In this document: one piece after another, positions 1 to 13,099 of the stretch | Layout of the letters: each line of letters opens with the position of its first letter | Numbering within the stretch: position 1 is the stretch's first letter | NCBI RefSeq assembly: GCF_009914755.1 | Contig: NC_060932.1 | Reading direction: 5' to 3' (one strand) | Source of the DNA: the human T2T-CHM13v2.0 reference genome, Homo sapiens | Length of the DNA: 64,000 nucleotides | Program-made: the position numbers and the translations under genes | Notes under the pieces: model-generated | Database searches by the model: none | Seen by the model: the letters and a program-made list of their open reading frames with translations, nothing else | Told to the model about the DNA's origin: nothing

Positions 1-24
1 CAGAAAAATGCATAAATTCCTTAC

Positions 25-99
25 CTCTACAATTCCTATTTTTCCATCATCTCTTTGCCCATACTGATCCACAAAAGTTTTCATTTCAGGTGATAACTC
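25..99 (-). CDS. CALB1: Calbindin-D28k exon 3 (75 nt, [25 protein letters not shown]; EF-hand 2); gene continues beyond window start
   Basis: Acceptor TTTTAG|GAG and donor GAG|GTAAGG. Frame continues from exon 2 (cumulative 231 nt). Met58 ATG at 84-82. Confidence 0.97.
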
Positions 100-3000
100 C
101 TAAAATTATATAAAAGCAGGTAGGAGGTTTGTTAAAAAAATACCAGTTATGCTTGTGATGGTGTTAATAACTTACTGCAAAGAAAAACCAAAATTAGAAC
201 CATTTAGAAATATGCATAATGATTAACTATTCTCAAAAAAATTAAAGGCATAACTGATACACAGTATTTATTAGTTCCAAATGAAAGAGTTGTAATCATG
301 ATTATTTCTCAATTAATATGATTTATCTTCTATTATTAATTTTGAGACTATGCTATCCTTTGAAAGTGTAGTCAGAATCATTCCATTCATAACTTTTAGT
401 GAATTTTAACATAATCATCACCATCAATATATTTTAAACAATGCTTGCTTCATTAAAGATTACCTTATATTGCTACACTATCTTGTCTTACAACATTTTT
501 CTCATTCTAACATAATGTTTTATCTATGGAGAGTAATATATGTTTTCATTTTGAACAAGCAAAAAATGTGAATGTTAAAGATTAACTCACTTTGTAAGCA
601 AAGATTGTTTTAAGCATAAAAGAGGCATTCATCAATTAAATAAATTTAAAAATTAAATAGATTAGAGAGCTATGAACTATAAACTAGTGATCTGAACATA
701 GAACTGGTATTCAGGAGGTTTAATTTTTACCCTTGGGTCTCCAACATAGCCCATTTAAAATAGCCCTGTTGCATTAGCTGAAGCCTATTTAAAATAGGTC
801 AGCCCTTACTAATGTTCTATTCTACGTCCTTGGGAAAGCAAATTAAGGTCTCGGTTTTCATCATAGCTAACAAGATGGTGGTATTATCTACCACACAAGT
901 TTGCTTTGGGGATAGATAGGTTAATATAATTAAAGGGCTATATTGAGACTAAATATCATTATTACTAGTATTTATAAAAGCCGTTTGGAACCAATGTAGA
1001 CATCTTTAGTTGAACTAAGATAATAAATAATAACAAAGCAATATAATTATATTTTAGTCTTTATAAAACTTACTATGGATAAATTACAATTTGTATTTAT
1101 CTAATTTTGTTATAGAAACAATTGTAAGAAAATGAAAGTGTTCAACCATGGCAATAGTGGGAATATCAGGTCCTACAGTTTTTTTATTTTTACATACATC
1201 TTAACGTAAACAAAAACCAAAGCATCTGTCCTTAAATTTTAAAATGGTGTAATACCACTACTTTCACGAGCAGACTTGACATTTACTTTGTGAAGTTTCT
1301 GACAAGTATGTCAAAATCTATTTTTTAAACAGTGCAAAACATATAATCACCACCAATTAAAAATGTATAAAAATGAGTGCAACTACAAAGACCAAACACT
1401 ATGTTTAGTGTAAAAGGATAGTTTCTGAAAATATATTGCATTGTTATATTTCATTAATGTTATATTCACCTAGTGAAAATTTTGAAATTTCATGTTATTA
1501 ATACGAAAAGCCAAACAATGTTTCCATTAATGCAATGAAATCTGTTATCCTATGGCTAGAAATGCAAAAAGCCTGGTTTATAAGGGCAATTTTTATGTTC
1601 TAAAGAAAGAGAAGAAATATATACAAGTAGGTTTAATGCAATGAAGTTAGTAGTATAATGAAACATGTATCTACTATATGAAACTCTGAATCCACATCTT
1701 GATTTAGATTTTAACTACCCAAATCAAGAAAAATACTAAATTCAGAAAAATCCAGATTGTATTTACATTCCAGAAAAATGCTCAAGAATCAAGGTATTAA
1801 GCAACTTGATATAATCCTATAACTATGCTTGTTTAGTATCATTACATTATAGTCTAATAATTGGAGCTTTGAATATTCCAAAACAGAGAAAAATAATTAA
1901 ATTCTAAATCTCCAACATGAAGATATTGCTTACAAAAAGGTACAAATATTAAAATCAGAGGAAGAAAAATATTTTTTTAAAGTTCATGAATATTTAAATT
2001 TCTAAGCTGAAAATAGATTTCAATATTAAAATTACTTCTGCACAAAATAAAATATAATCATTACCTGCTGGAAGCATCTTCCAAGGTTTTAATTCTAAAT
2101 TTTATGGAAAGTAAGACTTTTCCAACCTGATTTTAAAATATGTATTTTTAAATGAGGAAGATAATTGCTTTTATTAGATTAGCCAAAGATATATAAAGCT
2201 ATAATGACAGTATTGCATAAATTTATTTACATGGCAATATATAAGACATGGGGAGGGTGGAGAGTATATAAAACATTTTTATGCTATTTTATTCCATTCT
2301 ATTATACTTTTAGATTATATAATATTAAATCTGGGTAAAACAATCCCTAGAGCACAATCTGGTTTAAAATCAATTTGGTCAATGATTTTTGTAACTGATA
2401 GTTCTATAGTGCATTATAATACATTTAGAGCCCTCTGGGATTCTTTTGAATATGCTGTACAGAAATGTATATTACACAATTTTCAATTTAGATAGGGCAA
2501 AAAGTTCTATTATTAAATTTTATATATATCACTCAATATTAGAGGTGGTGATCTGCTATATAATATATACATCATTGGTAGTGTAAAATCTCTTTCTAAA
2601 CGTAGTCAAAAAGGCCAAAGACCATTAACGTGTAACTCATCCCAATTCAACACTGCCTTCTGAAAGGCAGTGTTACATAAACCTCAATAGAGTAGTACAA
2701 TTTTTAACCCATTTTCCTCTGGACAACCATCTCATCTATGTTTAAAAGCTGACTGTATTTTATATTTATGCTGACAACATATTTTCTTAACAGGTTAATT
2801 TATGCCCAAAGGGAGTCATTTATAATTAATAAGAATGGTTATTTGTTTAATTAACTAATGGCTTAAATAACGAACATAGCCATTTTCAAAACACCATCAA
2901 TTGCTGCCCATCAGAGTATCACTTTGCTTTTTTTACAATACATGAAATTCTTAAAATTGTTTTACTTTTTACTTCTCTACCTTTTGGGTTTCTTGCTTTC

Positions 3001-3397
3001 AACAGAAATGAAGATCTTTTCTTGCTAAATTCTTTCTCACTGTTAGGTTGCAAGTTGGGCAACTTACCCTTAGTGAGGACAAGATGTTTTCTCATCTCCC
3101 CAACTACATCAACATCACAACAATAATAATTGGTGATAGAGTAAGAGATCCATAATCTGCAGATCTGTTTCTTGACCACCAAGGGGCAGAAATGCATTTC
3201 CACCCCCTTATTTCTCACACAGTAAAAGAGAATTTAAAAATTACCTAATCAAACTCAGTGGTAGAGGTGGTGATCCGCTAAAGAATCTCATGCACCCACA
3301 GTTCCCTTTTAAGACCTATTAATGCAAGTACTAGTATAGAATATATATATATTTAAAGCTCCAGTTTCAGATAGCAAGGTTTTTCCCTTTAGAAAAT

Positions 3398-3517
3398 CTG
3401 TCTCTCTCTGTCTGTCTCCCTTTCTCCCTTCTTCCCTCCCTTCTCTGTCCCTCCCTTCTCTCTCTCTCTCTCTCCCCCTCTCTCTTTCTCAGTCTCTTTC
3501 CCCTTTCCCCTTTCTCT
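3398..3517. repeat. Polypyrimidine/(CT)n low-complexity tract in CALB1 intron 2
   Basis: About 120 nt almost entirely C/T on the + strand, including (CT)n. Confidence 0.85.
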
Positions 3518-3677
3518 GTATTCGAGTTGGAAAAGTGTTTTTTCTTGCCTTTCGCAGTCAATAAACGTTTACATTACCCAGAAAGCGCTTTACGCTACTG
3601 GCTTTTTGTGAAAACACAAGAATGTTTTAATTTGGGGGTTAAAAGTCTTTTTTTCTTTTTCGCAAACTTGAACCTAC

Positions 3678-3754
3678 CAATCCAGCCTTCTTTCGCGCCT
3701 GCTGGAGCTCCTGGATCAAGTTCTGCAGCTCCTTTCCTTCCAGGTAACCACTTC
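3678..3754 (-). CDS. CALB1: Calbindin-D28k exon 2 (77 nt, [26 protein letters not shown]; completes EF-hand 1)
   Basis: Acceptor CTCTTTGTCTTTGCAG|GAAGT and donor TTG|GTAGGT. Joined to exon 1 it gives the EF loop [12 protein letters not shown]. Confidence 0.98.
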
Positions 3755-4270
3755 CTGCAAAGACAAAGAGGCACCCAGGTGTCAGATATCTCATTCCAAG
3801 TGTCTTTCCCGTTCACTTTCCAAGACAGTTATCTTTCTGGCGACCCGAGAGGCTCTCTCTTGCCTGGACGTTGATTAACCAGCAAAGTGTACAGACGGTG
3901 AAGCGCTCCCCTCCTGGGGTATCAAACTTTAGATCCACTGAGGACAAAGGAGGATGGTTGGGGTGCTAAGCGCAGCCACAGAAACTTTGGGGGGGCAGCA
4001 TTCCCCAATCCCTGCTCTCTCTCTCCTACCATTACCGTTCCTGGAAAGACAAAAGTTTAAGGTTTTGGGATTACGGTGGAAACAATATAAACTTTCAGGT
4101 TGACAGTTTGGCGGCCAGTCGGGGAGATAAGAAGATAAGATTAGGCAGAAGGGGGAAGAAGTAAAGAATAGAAAGGAGGGATAATGGGATCAGGAGGCTC
4201 AGAAAAGGGCAAAGAATGGGAAGGGGCATGGAAACGGGTCTTGAAACAGTTAAAAAGAGAAGATAATCAC

Positions 4271-4349
4271 CGTCAGCGTCGAAATGGAGCCAGATCTCGA
4301 AAAACTGTGAGGCTGTGATGAGGGATGACTGCAGGTGGGATTCTGCCAT
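4271..4349 (-). CDS. CALB1: Calbindin-D28k coding exon 1 (79 nt, [27 protein letters not shown])
   Basis: ATG at 4349-4347. Translation is the calbindin-1 N-terminus. Donor G|GTGATT at 4271/4270, phase 1. Confidence 0.98.
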
Positions 4350-4625
4350 TGTACAGCGGGGTGTGTGTCTGGGTGTGTGAATATGCGTGTGTCTGTGTCC
4401 GCGCGAAGGGGAGTGAGCAAAAGCTCAGCGTGTGCGCGAGTCAGGGCTGCGGAGGGAGACCTGGGCGCGGGCGCTGCCGGGCGCTGTCCTCGGTGCTGCT
4501 CAGCTCAGCGTTCCTCCAGAGTTCTCTCCCTACACCCCGCACCCAGTTCTCAGTATTTATCCCGACGGCCCCAAGCCGGGCCACGCCTCCTCCAGCCTCC
4601 CATTCCTCACTCCCCGCCTCTTGCT
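4350..4625 (-). promoter_or_regulatory. CALB1 canonical promoter and 5' UTR (CpG-rich)
   Basis: TATA-like GATAAATA at 4561-4554. GC boxes GAGGCGGGGA (4620-4611) and GGAGGCGTGG (4590-4581). TSS inferred near 4525. Confidence 0.85.
4480..4500 (-). promoter_or_regulatory. RE1/NRSE (REST binding site) in CALB1 5' UTR
   Basis: AGCAGCACCGAGGACAGCGCC versus consensus TTCAGCACCNCGGACAGCGCC. Both half-sites intact with canonical 2-nt spacer; an extra GGCAGCGCC half-site follows. Confidence 0.9.
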
Positions 4626-5448
4626 CTCACCAGCCTTCTTCCCCTCCCTTCCAGTTTTCTGCTCTGTTCCCAGGAAAGCTAGCTGGAGCGAGAGTTTGGG
4701 CTTGTTGGAAGCAGCAGGTGGTGGGAGATCCTTTGCTCAGAGATTGGATGCTGAAAACAGAGGCTCATTTCCCCCTACATCCTCCTAGTCCAGGAAGAAT
4801 CTTATTCCTGAATATTATAGTAAAACTCTTGTTATCTAGAGAGGTTTAAATGTTCAGATAGAAGGGGAAAGCTGATGACGGGTAAAATCACATAAATGAT
4901 TATTATATTCTTGTGTGATTTCTCCAAGACTTTTCAGTATCTGTTTGAAAAAAAAAAAGCATGTGAAACCTTGGCACGCATTAGAATAATTTGATTAATG
5001 TATACAATGAGTTGATTGCTATCAATAATCACACTATTTTGTGCCATCATGTCAATGTTTCTTAAGATGGTTTCTATGAACTAACCTTGCCAACACGAAA
5101 AAAGCTAGATTATGGATTTCTTTTCAGCATGAAGTAGAATTATAATTGGAAAGTAATACAGTTAAATTATAAAACCTTAAAATCTTAGATAAGGAAGTCA
5201 TCTTACAGATACTAGAGTTTACTGCCTTTCAGTTTAGAAGGAGTGAGTAAACTAAAACAAAGAGAAAGGAAGGATCTGACCAGGTTCATAAGTAGGTACG
5301 TTAGTGCTACCACCACAGCCCCATTCAGTCGCCTTAACACACACGTCTCCTTCTTTCTGTTTCAAGCAACCCCTACTGGAGAATTTTTCAGAAATTGGAA
5401 GTCACCATCGGAGTTGGAAAAGCTATCTAACTAAATGTATGCTATGTT

Positions 5449-5540
5449 ATGTATATATATATATATATATATGTAATATATATGTATGTATACACACATA
5501 TGTATATATGTTCTGTACTATATATACATATGTATATGTG
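5449..5540. repeat. (TA)n / TATG-rich microsatellite
   Basis: gtatatatatatatatatatatg followed by tatg/taca variants. Confidence 0.9.
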
Positions 5541-5754
5541 TTATGTATTTTAATATAATTAATTATATACTTGGATTATTTCTTATTTACATAAGTACTT
5601 CTGGAGTATTTGGCTTTGAGTCTTTTGGACCTTGAAGTCCACTAAAAATGTATCCCAAAAGTCTAATTACAATTGTACTAAAACAAAATGAAGGAACAAG
5701 AGAAAATCTACACATAGCCAATATAAGCTTAAAGTGAATTAAAATGAATTTACC

Positions 5755-6127
<373 letters not shown>

Positions 6128-9100
6128 TTAGGGCTCTATCCATTATTATATTTGTGGAGTTTTTTTGTAAGTATCCTTTTCAGAGACCCATCAATTTGAA
6201 GCTAGCCTATTTCAATAATCTTCTTAATGGAATCCTCACTTCCATAGTACTTTCCAGTTCATACATTATTTTTACTTATGATACCTCATCTGATTCTCAC
6301 TGATGGTCCTATTGGTCCTATGTTAGTGGCCAGGGTCGCTGTGTGAAAAATATAGTGTGTGAACTTGGAGACCAGCGCTAGAGAATAAACTTTGAAGAGA
6401 GAGTGAGAATGCAGTGACTAAGGAATGACTTGAAGAATCACTCTGACCCTTGCTAGTCTTGACAGAGCTAACAATGTCTAGACTTTGGATACAGTTCTGA
6501 GACAAAGAAAAATGCTAGAAAAAGTATGTAGGAATATGGACTGAACAAACTGATGAAAAAAGAGCAACATTTCTACTATTTAAAAAAGTAATTAAAATTA
6601 ATTTTCTTCCTAAAAAGAGACCACACACTGTGGTAAAAATTCCTAAACATTTTCACCATAATCTGTTTGTTGGTTTTTTAGAATTTTATCTTAACTTCCA
6701 AAAGTATTACAAGACAATTTGTAAAAGTTAAAAATATTTATATGAAAGTAATCTTTTTTCTTATTCACTTTCCTGAAGCTATGGCAACTTCCAAATTTCC
6801 ATTTAGAAATGTATAGGTGCTGTGACTTGAGAGAGAGTGAGAAATAAATGGGAGACTTCCTTGGAACTATGTCCAAACAGCAAGTTTGGACATAGTTTTT
6901 TTTGTGTGTTCTTTTTATGTTTATATGAAGTGGCTTTTGAGGGAACTAATGTAGATTATGGAGCTCTAAAGCAGTTTAGTGCTGCCCCTACCATGAGGTA
7001 ATCAACACTAAAAGATCCATGCTTATGGAAATATACAAATCCATATCTAAAGGTTTTTTTTTGTTGTTGTTATCTGGTTTTACAGAAAAGGGACTATGTT
7101 TTGTATATTATCCTTCAACTTTTTATTATTAATTCAAGGGCATCCCTCCAGTATTAACATCAACATCTAATGTATACTTTTTACAGTTTAATATTTTATT
7201 AATTAACTATAATTACAGATATACGGATCTATTTCTAGTAGTACACTGTGACACACAATGCTGCAATAAACACCTTTATACATTTATATTAGCTATACAT
7301 GTTTCTGAATACAACAGGGCAGAGTCCCAAAAGCAGTATTTTTAGTTAATAGAATGCATATTTTAGATTTTAATACACATTTCCAAATTATTTGCTTCAA
7401 TTTGTAGCAATTTATACTCAAATGTCCAAAGTCTGAGGATGATTTATCCTCATTAACTCTGAATGTTATTGCTTTTTAAACTTTATACTAATGTAATAAG
7501 TAAAAAGTAGATTGTTATTCTTCCTTTAATTTTCATTCAATATTAATTTTTTAAAATTTACCTTTTGGTTTTCTAAGGTGAACTTGTTATTCTTCAGATA
7601 TTTTTTCTAATGGCAGAAATGTAATTTCATAAAAAGTGTTTTCCCTTAAAATTGTTATTGGTCCTGGACTGTCACTTCAAATCAATATCTCTTTTCAGAT
7701 GTATATTTGGGCCATTTCTAGATTAAATTATACTTTATGGTAGTAGTAAAGAACTGTATGATCCAGATCTACAGATTTGAGGTAACTTGAGGAATATTTC
7801 TTCCCTCGTTCATTAACTAGGTAGGAAGGACCTTGCGCTCAGGAATCTTTTAATTTCTAGGATTCTGGGGAGACTACAAATGCTTTCAATAATGAGAAGA
7901 TTTTTCCATAAGATTGGAGTTTCTAAAAACAGCATTGCAAACAAAGCATTTTTATGACTTGCTTTATAGGCTTCATTACACAACATCAAGGTGAATGGGT
8001 TCATAATCCAATATTGTTACAAAAGTAGAAGCAATTTATGTTCCAAAAAAAAATCTCTGGGGTAATTAAACTGCATTTCCCATTTCATGTTACTGAATTA
8101 CCACATCTCCATTCATATTCAGGCTACCACAGTTCCAATTCACTATGCAAATTGGAAGACTTAGAACTTCCCAGGTTTAATGAATGCTTTCTTAGCCTCC
8201 ACTCAGGAAAGAAAACCCTCCAAAATATTTTACTATGGGTTTAATTGGATGAGGAGTATAATGCATCACTCTCTCTTGGCATCCTAGTCCCTCACGGAGG
8301 TGTCCTTAATAGATGAATGAAGCCTGCTGGGGGAGTTCACAGTTTTACCTGTTAATGTTCCCTGAAAGATCCCTCATCAGCATGATACTGCCATTTGAAG
8401 AACTTTTCCCCCAAAGCGAGGGATTTGCATACATTTGGTCAGAGAAGTCTGTCGCCTGGGCTGGCTAGGTAAATAATTATTTCATTCTGGGCACCAGAAG
8501 TTTTTTTTTTTTTTTTTTTAAACTGACCAAATGTAGCTCATATAGGGCACAGTAGAAAGTCTTGGAAACAATGATATGTGGCAAACTGTGGACTGAAATA
8601 GGAAAGTGTGGCTTGGAGTTGCTGCCTGCAAGTATTTGCAAGGCTTACATAAGAAGAGGTGGCAGATTTTCTCAGAGACACCAGAGGTGACTTTTACTGC
8701 CCTTTAAAAATACTTCTCAAATTTGAGCTCTTCTACAGCAATGGGTACTACTGCATGAATGGTACAATTCCCCCATAAGAACACTCATTCACTTACTCAG
8801 AAATATTTATTGACTACAGTATATTATTCAGGATGCTACCACAGTAAGCAAGACAGAGTCTTGGACCTCACAGGATTACAGTTTGCAGGGAAGAATGTAG
8901 AAGTAGAAGCTGAATGGCCAGCTTCTACTGGGAGTGTCTTGGAGGGGATATACACACTGAGGGTGTTTTGACTTTATAAATTCTGTGATCTCTTCCACCT
9001 CTTTAATTCTATAATTTTGTGACTGTGCCTACTCTGGTAGTTTTGTGATAAGTAGTATGCATTTGCAAAATTGATTTCTAGAAAGGATTATAGACTGTGG

Positions 9101-9953
9101 CCTTGAGCAAAAATGATTTTCCTGGTTATTAACTGGCACACTTGGGATAATTTTGAAGTCCTTGGCCTCATTAAATTCATCTAACCACCTGAATTACAAA
9201 AGCTAGAAAATACTGTTACAAATATTTTAATTTACATTAATTATATTTTCACTCTTCAAAGATAGAGAATCCCCTCATATATAAAGAAAAAACGATATAA
9301 AAATGAGAGTCGGATTTTATAGTTTTTATGTAGTTACCTAAAGTCATCAGGCTTCTGCCATTGATACCAATTTTTTCATCAATTTTAAACTCCACTTTTC
9401 ATATTTTATCTCTGATATGTGATGCATCTTATAGCCAATGCTCTATAATTGGCAAATTGATATATGATAATCATGCATCTTAAATCGATTGTATTTTAAA
9501 CTTGAGCAAATTTGTTAATCTTCAAAAATTTCAGTGGGTACCATTTGCATGAAGAATAGATTTTAAGTCCATAAGCCTGGACTCCAAAGAACTTTGTAAT
9601 ATATTTTCTGCCTTATTTGCAACACTGTTCTATAATATTCAACTCTCTAGTCACAAAAAAATAAAATTTAAAAAATCTTATATATTTTGAGAATGTCTTT
9701 GCTCATGTTATTCTCTTTTTTGGGAAATTTCCTTTCCTTCCTTCTTCAGCATTTTTCTTTTGGAGTATTATCCATCAGCAGCCTTGCCCAGGTATAGACT
9801 GTGCCAGCTTGTTCTCTCTTGGCCTCTCGCCAAGGGTAATACTTCTGTCTGTAGAGTATCTTTGAGTAGTTTGCTATTCTCTGTCTTCCCTGCCTGGACT
9901 CTCAACTATTGGACAGTTATTTATAAAGTGGTTTCAAAGGCCCAACTTTAAAT

Positions 9954-10130
9954 CCCTCCTTAGACAACCGGTTGGTCCCCTGCTCTGGGAGATAACCATA
10001 TTGATACTGAAGTTAGTGCAGACATCCAATTTGCATAGCACACTGTAGCCCAGAACCCTTGAGCTGAAATGATCCTCTGTCTCAGCCTCCCAAGTAGCTG
10101 GGACTACCAGCACATGCCAACACACCTGGT
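9954..10130 (-). pseudogene. 3'-truncated 7SL (SRP) RNA pseudogene, about nt 1-178
   Basis: Reverse complement matches 7SL, including S-domain sequence absent from Alu (…TCTGCACTAACTTCAGTATCAATATGG…GGTTGTCTAAGGAGGG). Confidence 0.9.
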
Positions 10131-10630
10131 GAGTGTGCTCTTTCTAAAATACATACATGACCATGTCCTTTCATCCAGTGGTTTCCCATGGTATGGCATA
10201 TGAAATACCCTCTAATTTCACTTGTCCTCTGATATCAGTTTTCTCAATATTCTCCCCCCACCTCATTTTTTTTAAGGCTGTACTGAATTACTTGCTTTTC
10301 TCCAAATATTCAGTTCTTTGAATATTTTTGTCTGCCATTTCCTCTCCCTCTAATCTTCCAGGATGAAGAATCACTACATCTTAAGCTTTTCCTGACCTTT
10401 TCTTTTGTTGCTCAAAACTGATCATTCCTTTATTTGTACTTCCACTAACCTTGTACTTACTTTTATTATAAAATTTATTACATTGATATACCTTTAGGAT
10501 TGTACTTCTCCCTTGTCCATGAGTCCATAAAGACAGAAATGAAGTGTTCCTAATTTTTTGTCTCCTTTGTGTCAAATATTGTGCCTAGTACATAGTGAGT
10601 GTTTAACAAGATGTTAAATAAATTAACTGA
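10131..10630 (+). mobile_element. L2 3' fragment
   Basis: Ends in the L2-type tail gtgcctagtacatagtgagtgtttaacaagatgtt; highly degenerate. Confidence 0.55.
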
Positions 10631-10695
10631 GAGTTAGAATAGTAAGATTAGCATACCATATATTAATGACCTCAAGGAAGGACAATACTTTATTG

Positions 10696-10859
10696 CAGTG
10701 GTTCTCCAATATGGCTGCGTATTAGAATCACTCAGCTTAAAAAAAACTCAATGCCCGATTGTAAGAATATTAAATCAAAATATCAAAGAATGGGACACAG
10801 ACATAAATTTTAAAATTATCCACATGGTCCAAATGTGCCAGCATCGTTGAAGAACACTG
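10696..10859. mobile_element. MER5-type hAT-Charlie MITE
   Basis: Termini CAGTGGTTCTC…GAACACTG and internal ttagaatcac motif. Confidence 0.7.
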
Positions 10860-10869
10860 CTTAAATATT

Positions 10870-11869
10870 TAGTAGTTTTAATAGATTTATTGAAAGTTCA
10901 CCCATTTTAAGTGTATAATTCATTGATTTTTTAATAAGTTTATAGCGTGGGAAACCACCATCAAAATACAGTTTTAGAACTTTTCCTTCACCTCCTGCAT
11001 TTATATTAGGCCTGCTGCTTGTAAATCTCTACTTACACTCCTCCAGCCCCAGGCATCCACTGATTCACTTCTGTTTCTATAAATTTTACTTTTCTGGACA
11101 TTCTATATAAATGGAATCATCCATTGTGCAGTCTTTTGCATTTAGCTTCTAATGTTGTTAAGGTTTATCCACATTGTAACATGTATCAACATTTCCTTAC
11201 TTTAAAAAAAAAATTTCCATAAGTTATTGGGGTACAGGTGGTAGTTGGTTACATGAGTAAGTTCTTTAGTGGTGATTCGTGAATTTTTGGTGCATCTATC
11301 ACCCGAGCAGTAGACACTGCACCATATTTGTAGTTTTCTATCCCTCACCGCCCCACCTCACTCTTCCCCCTAAGTCCCTAAAGTCCATTGTATCATTCTT
11401 ATGTCTTTACGTCCTCATAGCTTAGCTCCCACATATCAGTGAGAACATATGATGTTTGGTTTTCCATTCTGAGTTACTTCACTTAGAATAATAGTCTCCA
11501 ATCTCATCCAAGTCACTGCAAATGCTGTTAATACATTCCTTTTTATGCCTGTGCACTATTCTATTGTATATCCCTTACATTTTTATTACTATTTATGTGC
11601 TCTATCTATACAATAGTATTCCATTTTATAGATACAGAATATTTTGTCTATTCATTTACCAGTTAGTAGACATTTGGATTGCTTCCTGTTATGCATTATT
11701 ATAAATAATGCAGCTATGAACATTCACATACAAAACTGTGGGCAAATGTTCTAATTTATCCCGGGTAGGTTATCAGAAATAGAATTGTTAAACCATAAGA
11801 TACATTTAGATTTAACTTTCAAAAAATTTTTCAAACTTTTTGCCAAAGTGGCTTTATGATTTATAATCC
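10870..11869 (-). mobile_element. Old L1M 3' end with a nested younger L1P 3' fragment (~11203-11550); interrupted by HERV-H
   Basis: L1 3' UTR motifs. The L1 consensus ccaaagtggc…ttta(c)attccca is split at the provirus and resumes at 17518. Confidence 0.8.
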
Positions 11870-12303
11870 TTTCATGCACGTCCATGTGAAGAGACCACCA
11901 AACAGGCTTTGTGTGAGCAACATGGCTGTTTATTTCACCTGGGTGCAGGTGGGCTGAGTCCAAAAAGAGAGTCAGCGAAGGGAGATAGGGGTGGGGCCGT
12001 TTTATAGGATTTGGAAAGGAAATGGAAAATTACAGTCAAAGGGGGTTGTTCTCTGGTGGGCAGGGGCGGGGGTCACAAGGTGCTCAGTGGGGGAGACTCT
12101 GAGCCAGGACAAGGAAATTCACAGGGTTAATCACTCAGTTAAGGTGGGGCAGGAACAAATCACAATGGTGGAATGTCATCAGTTAAGGCGGGGCAGGGCC
12201 TTTTCACTTCTTTTGTGATTCTCCAGTTACTTCAGGCCATCTGGGTGTATACGTGCAAGTCACAGGGGATGTGATGGCTTGGCTTGGGCTCAGAGGCCTG
12301 ACA
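11870..12303 (-). promoter_or_regulatory. HERV-H 3' LTR (LTR7 family)
   Basis: Nine substitutions relative to the 5' LTR by manual alignment. TATAAAA at 12006-12000, AATAAA present, preceded by the PPT. Confidence 0.97.
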
Positions 12304-13099
12304 TTCCTGCCTTCTTATATTAATAAGAAAAATTAAACAAAATAGTGTTGAAGTGTTGGGGCGGCGAAAATTTTTGGGGGTGGTATGGAGAGAGAATGGG
12401 CGATGTTTCTCAGGGCTGCTTCAAGCGGGATTAGGGGCAGTGTGGGAACATAGAGTGGGAGAGATTAAGCTGAAGGAAGATCTTGTGGTAAGGGGTGATA
12501 TTGTGGGGTTGTTAGAAGGAACATTTGTCGTATAGAATGATTGGTGATGGCCTGGATACGGTTTTGTATGAATTAAAAAACTAAATGGAATAAGAGAAGG
12601 AGAAAAACAGGTATAAAAGGTCTAAGAATTGGGAGGACCTAGGACATCTGATTAGAGAGTGCCTAAGGAGATTCAGCATAGTCCTGCCAGCAAAGATTAT
12701 TTATTTACTTCAAGAGTTTAGAGTGGCAGTTTGGGGATAGCACCAGGAGATATCAGCTGTGATGGCTTGGAGAAACAGTGTAAACCGGCAGTGTAAACAA
12801 GAGCAGGGCATGTAGTTCAGAATGGTGAATAGGAGTATGACTAGACAAAAGATAGTAGGGATGACAAGTTTTTTTGGGGCACAGTCTAAGTTGGTCTGGT
12901 GTCAAACGAGACTGGGGCCTAATAAAAAGGAGCGTCTGTCTATACAGGAGCTTAAATGGGCTGTACCTTGTAGCATTCTGAGGACAGGCCTGAATTCTGG
13001 GAAGCGAAAGTGATAAAAGTATTGTCCAGTCCTTTTTAAGTTGGTGGCTGAGCTTGGTGAGGTGTGTTTTTAAAAGACCTTTAGTCCGTTCTACTTTTC

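Noticed and set aside
4095-4270. ORF extension of CALB1 exon 1 ([11 protein letters not shown]…)
   Set aside because: Read-through into intron 1 past the GT donor at 4270; not calbindin sequence.
4325-4849. Overlapping + strand ORFs (174, 115, 118 aa) across the CALB1 promoter
   Set aside because: Expected in GC-rich stop-poor sequence; low complexity, no recognisable domain.
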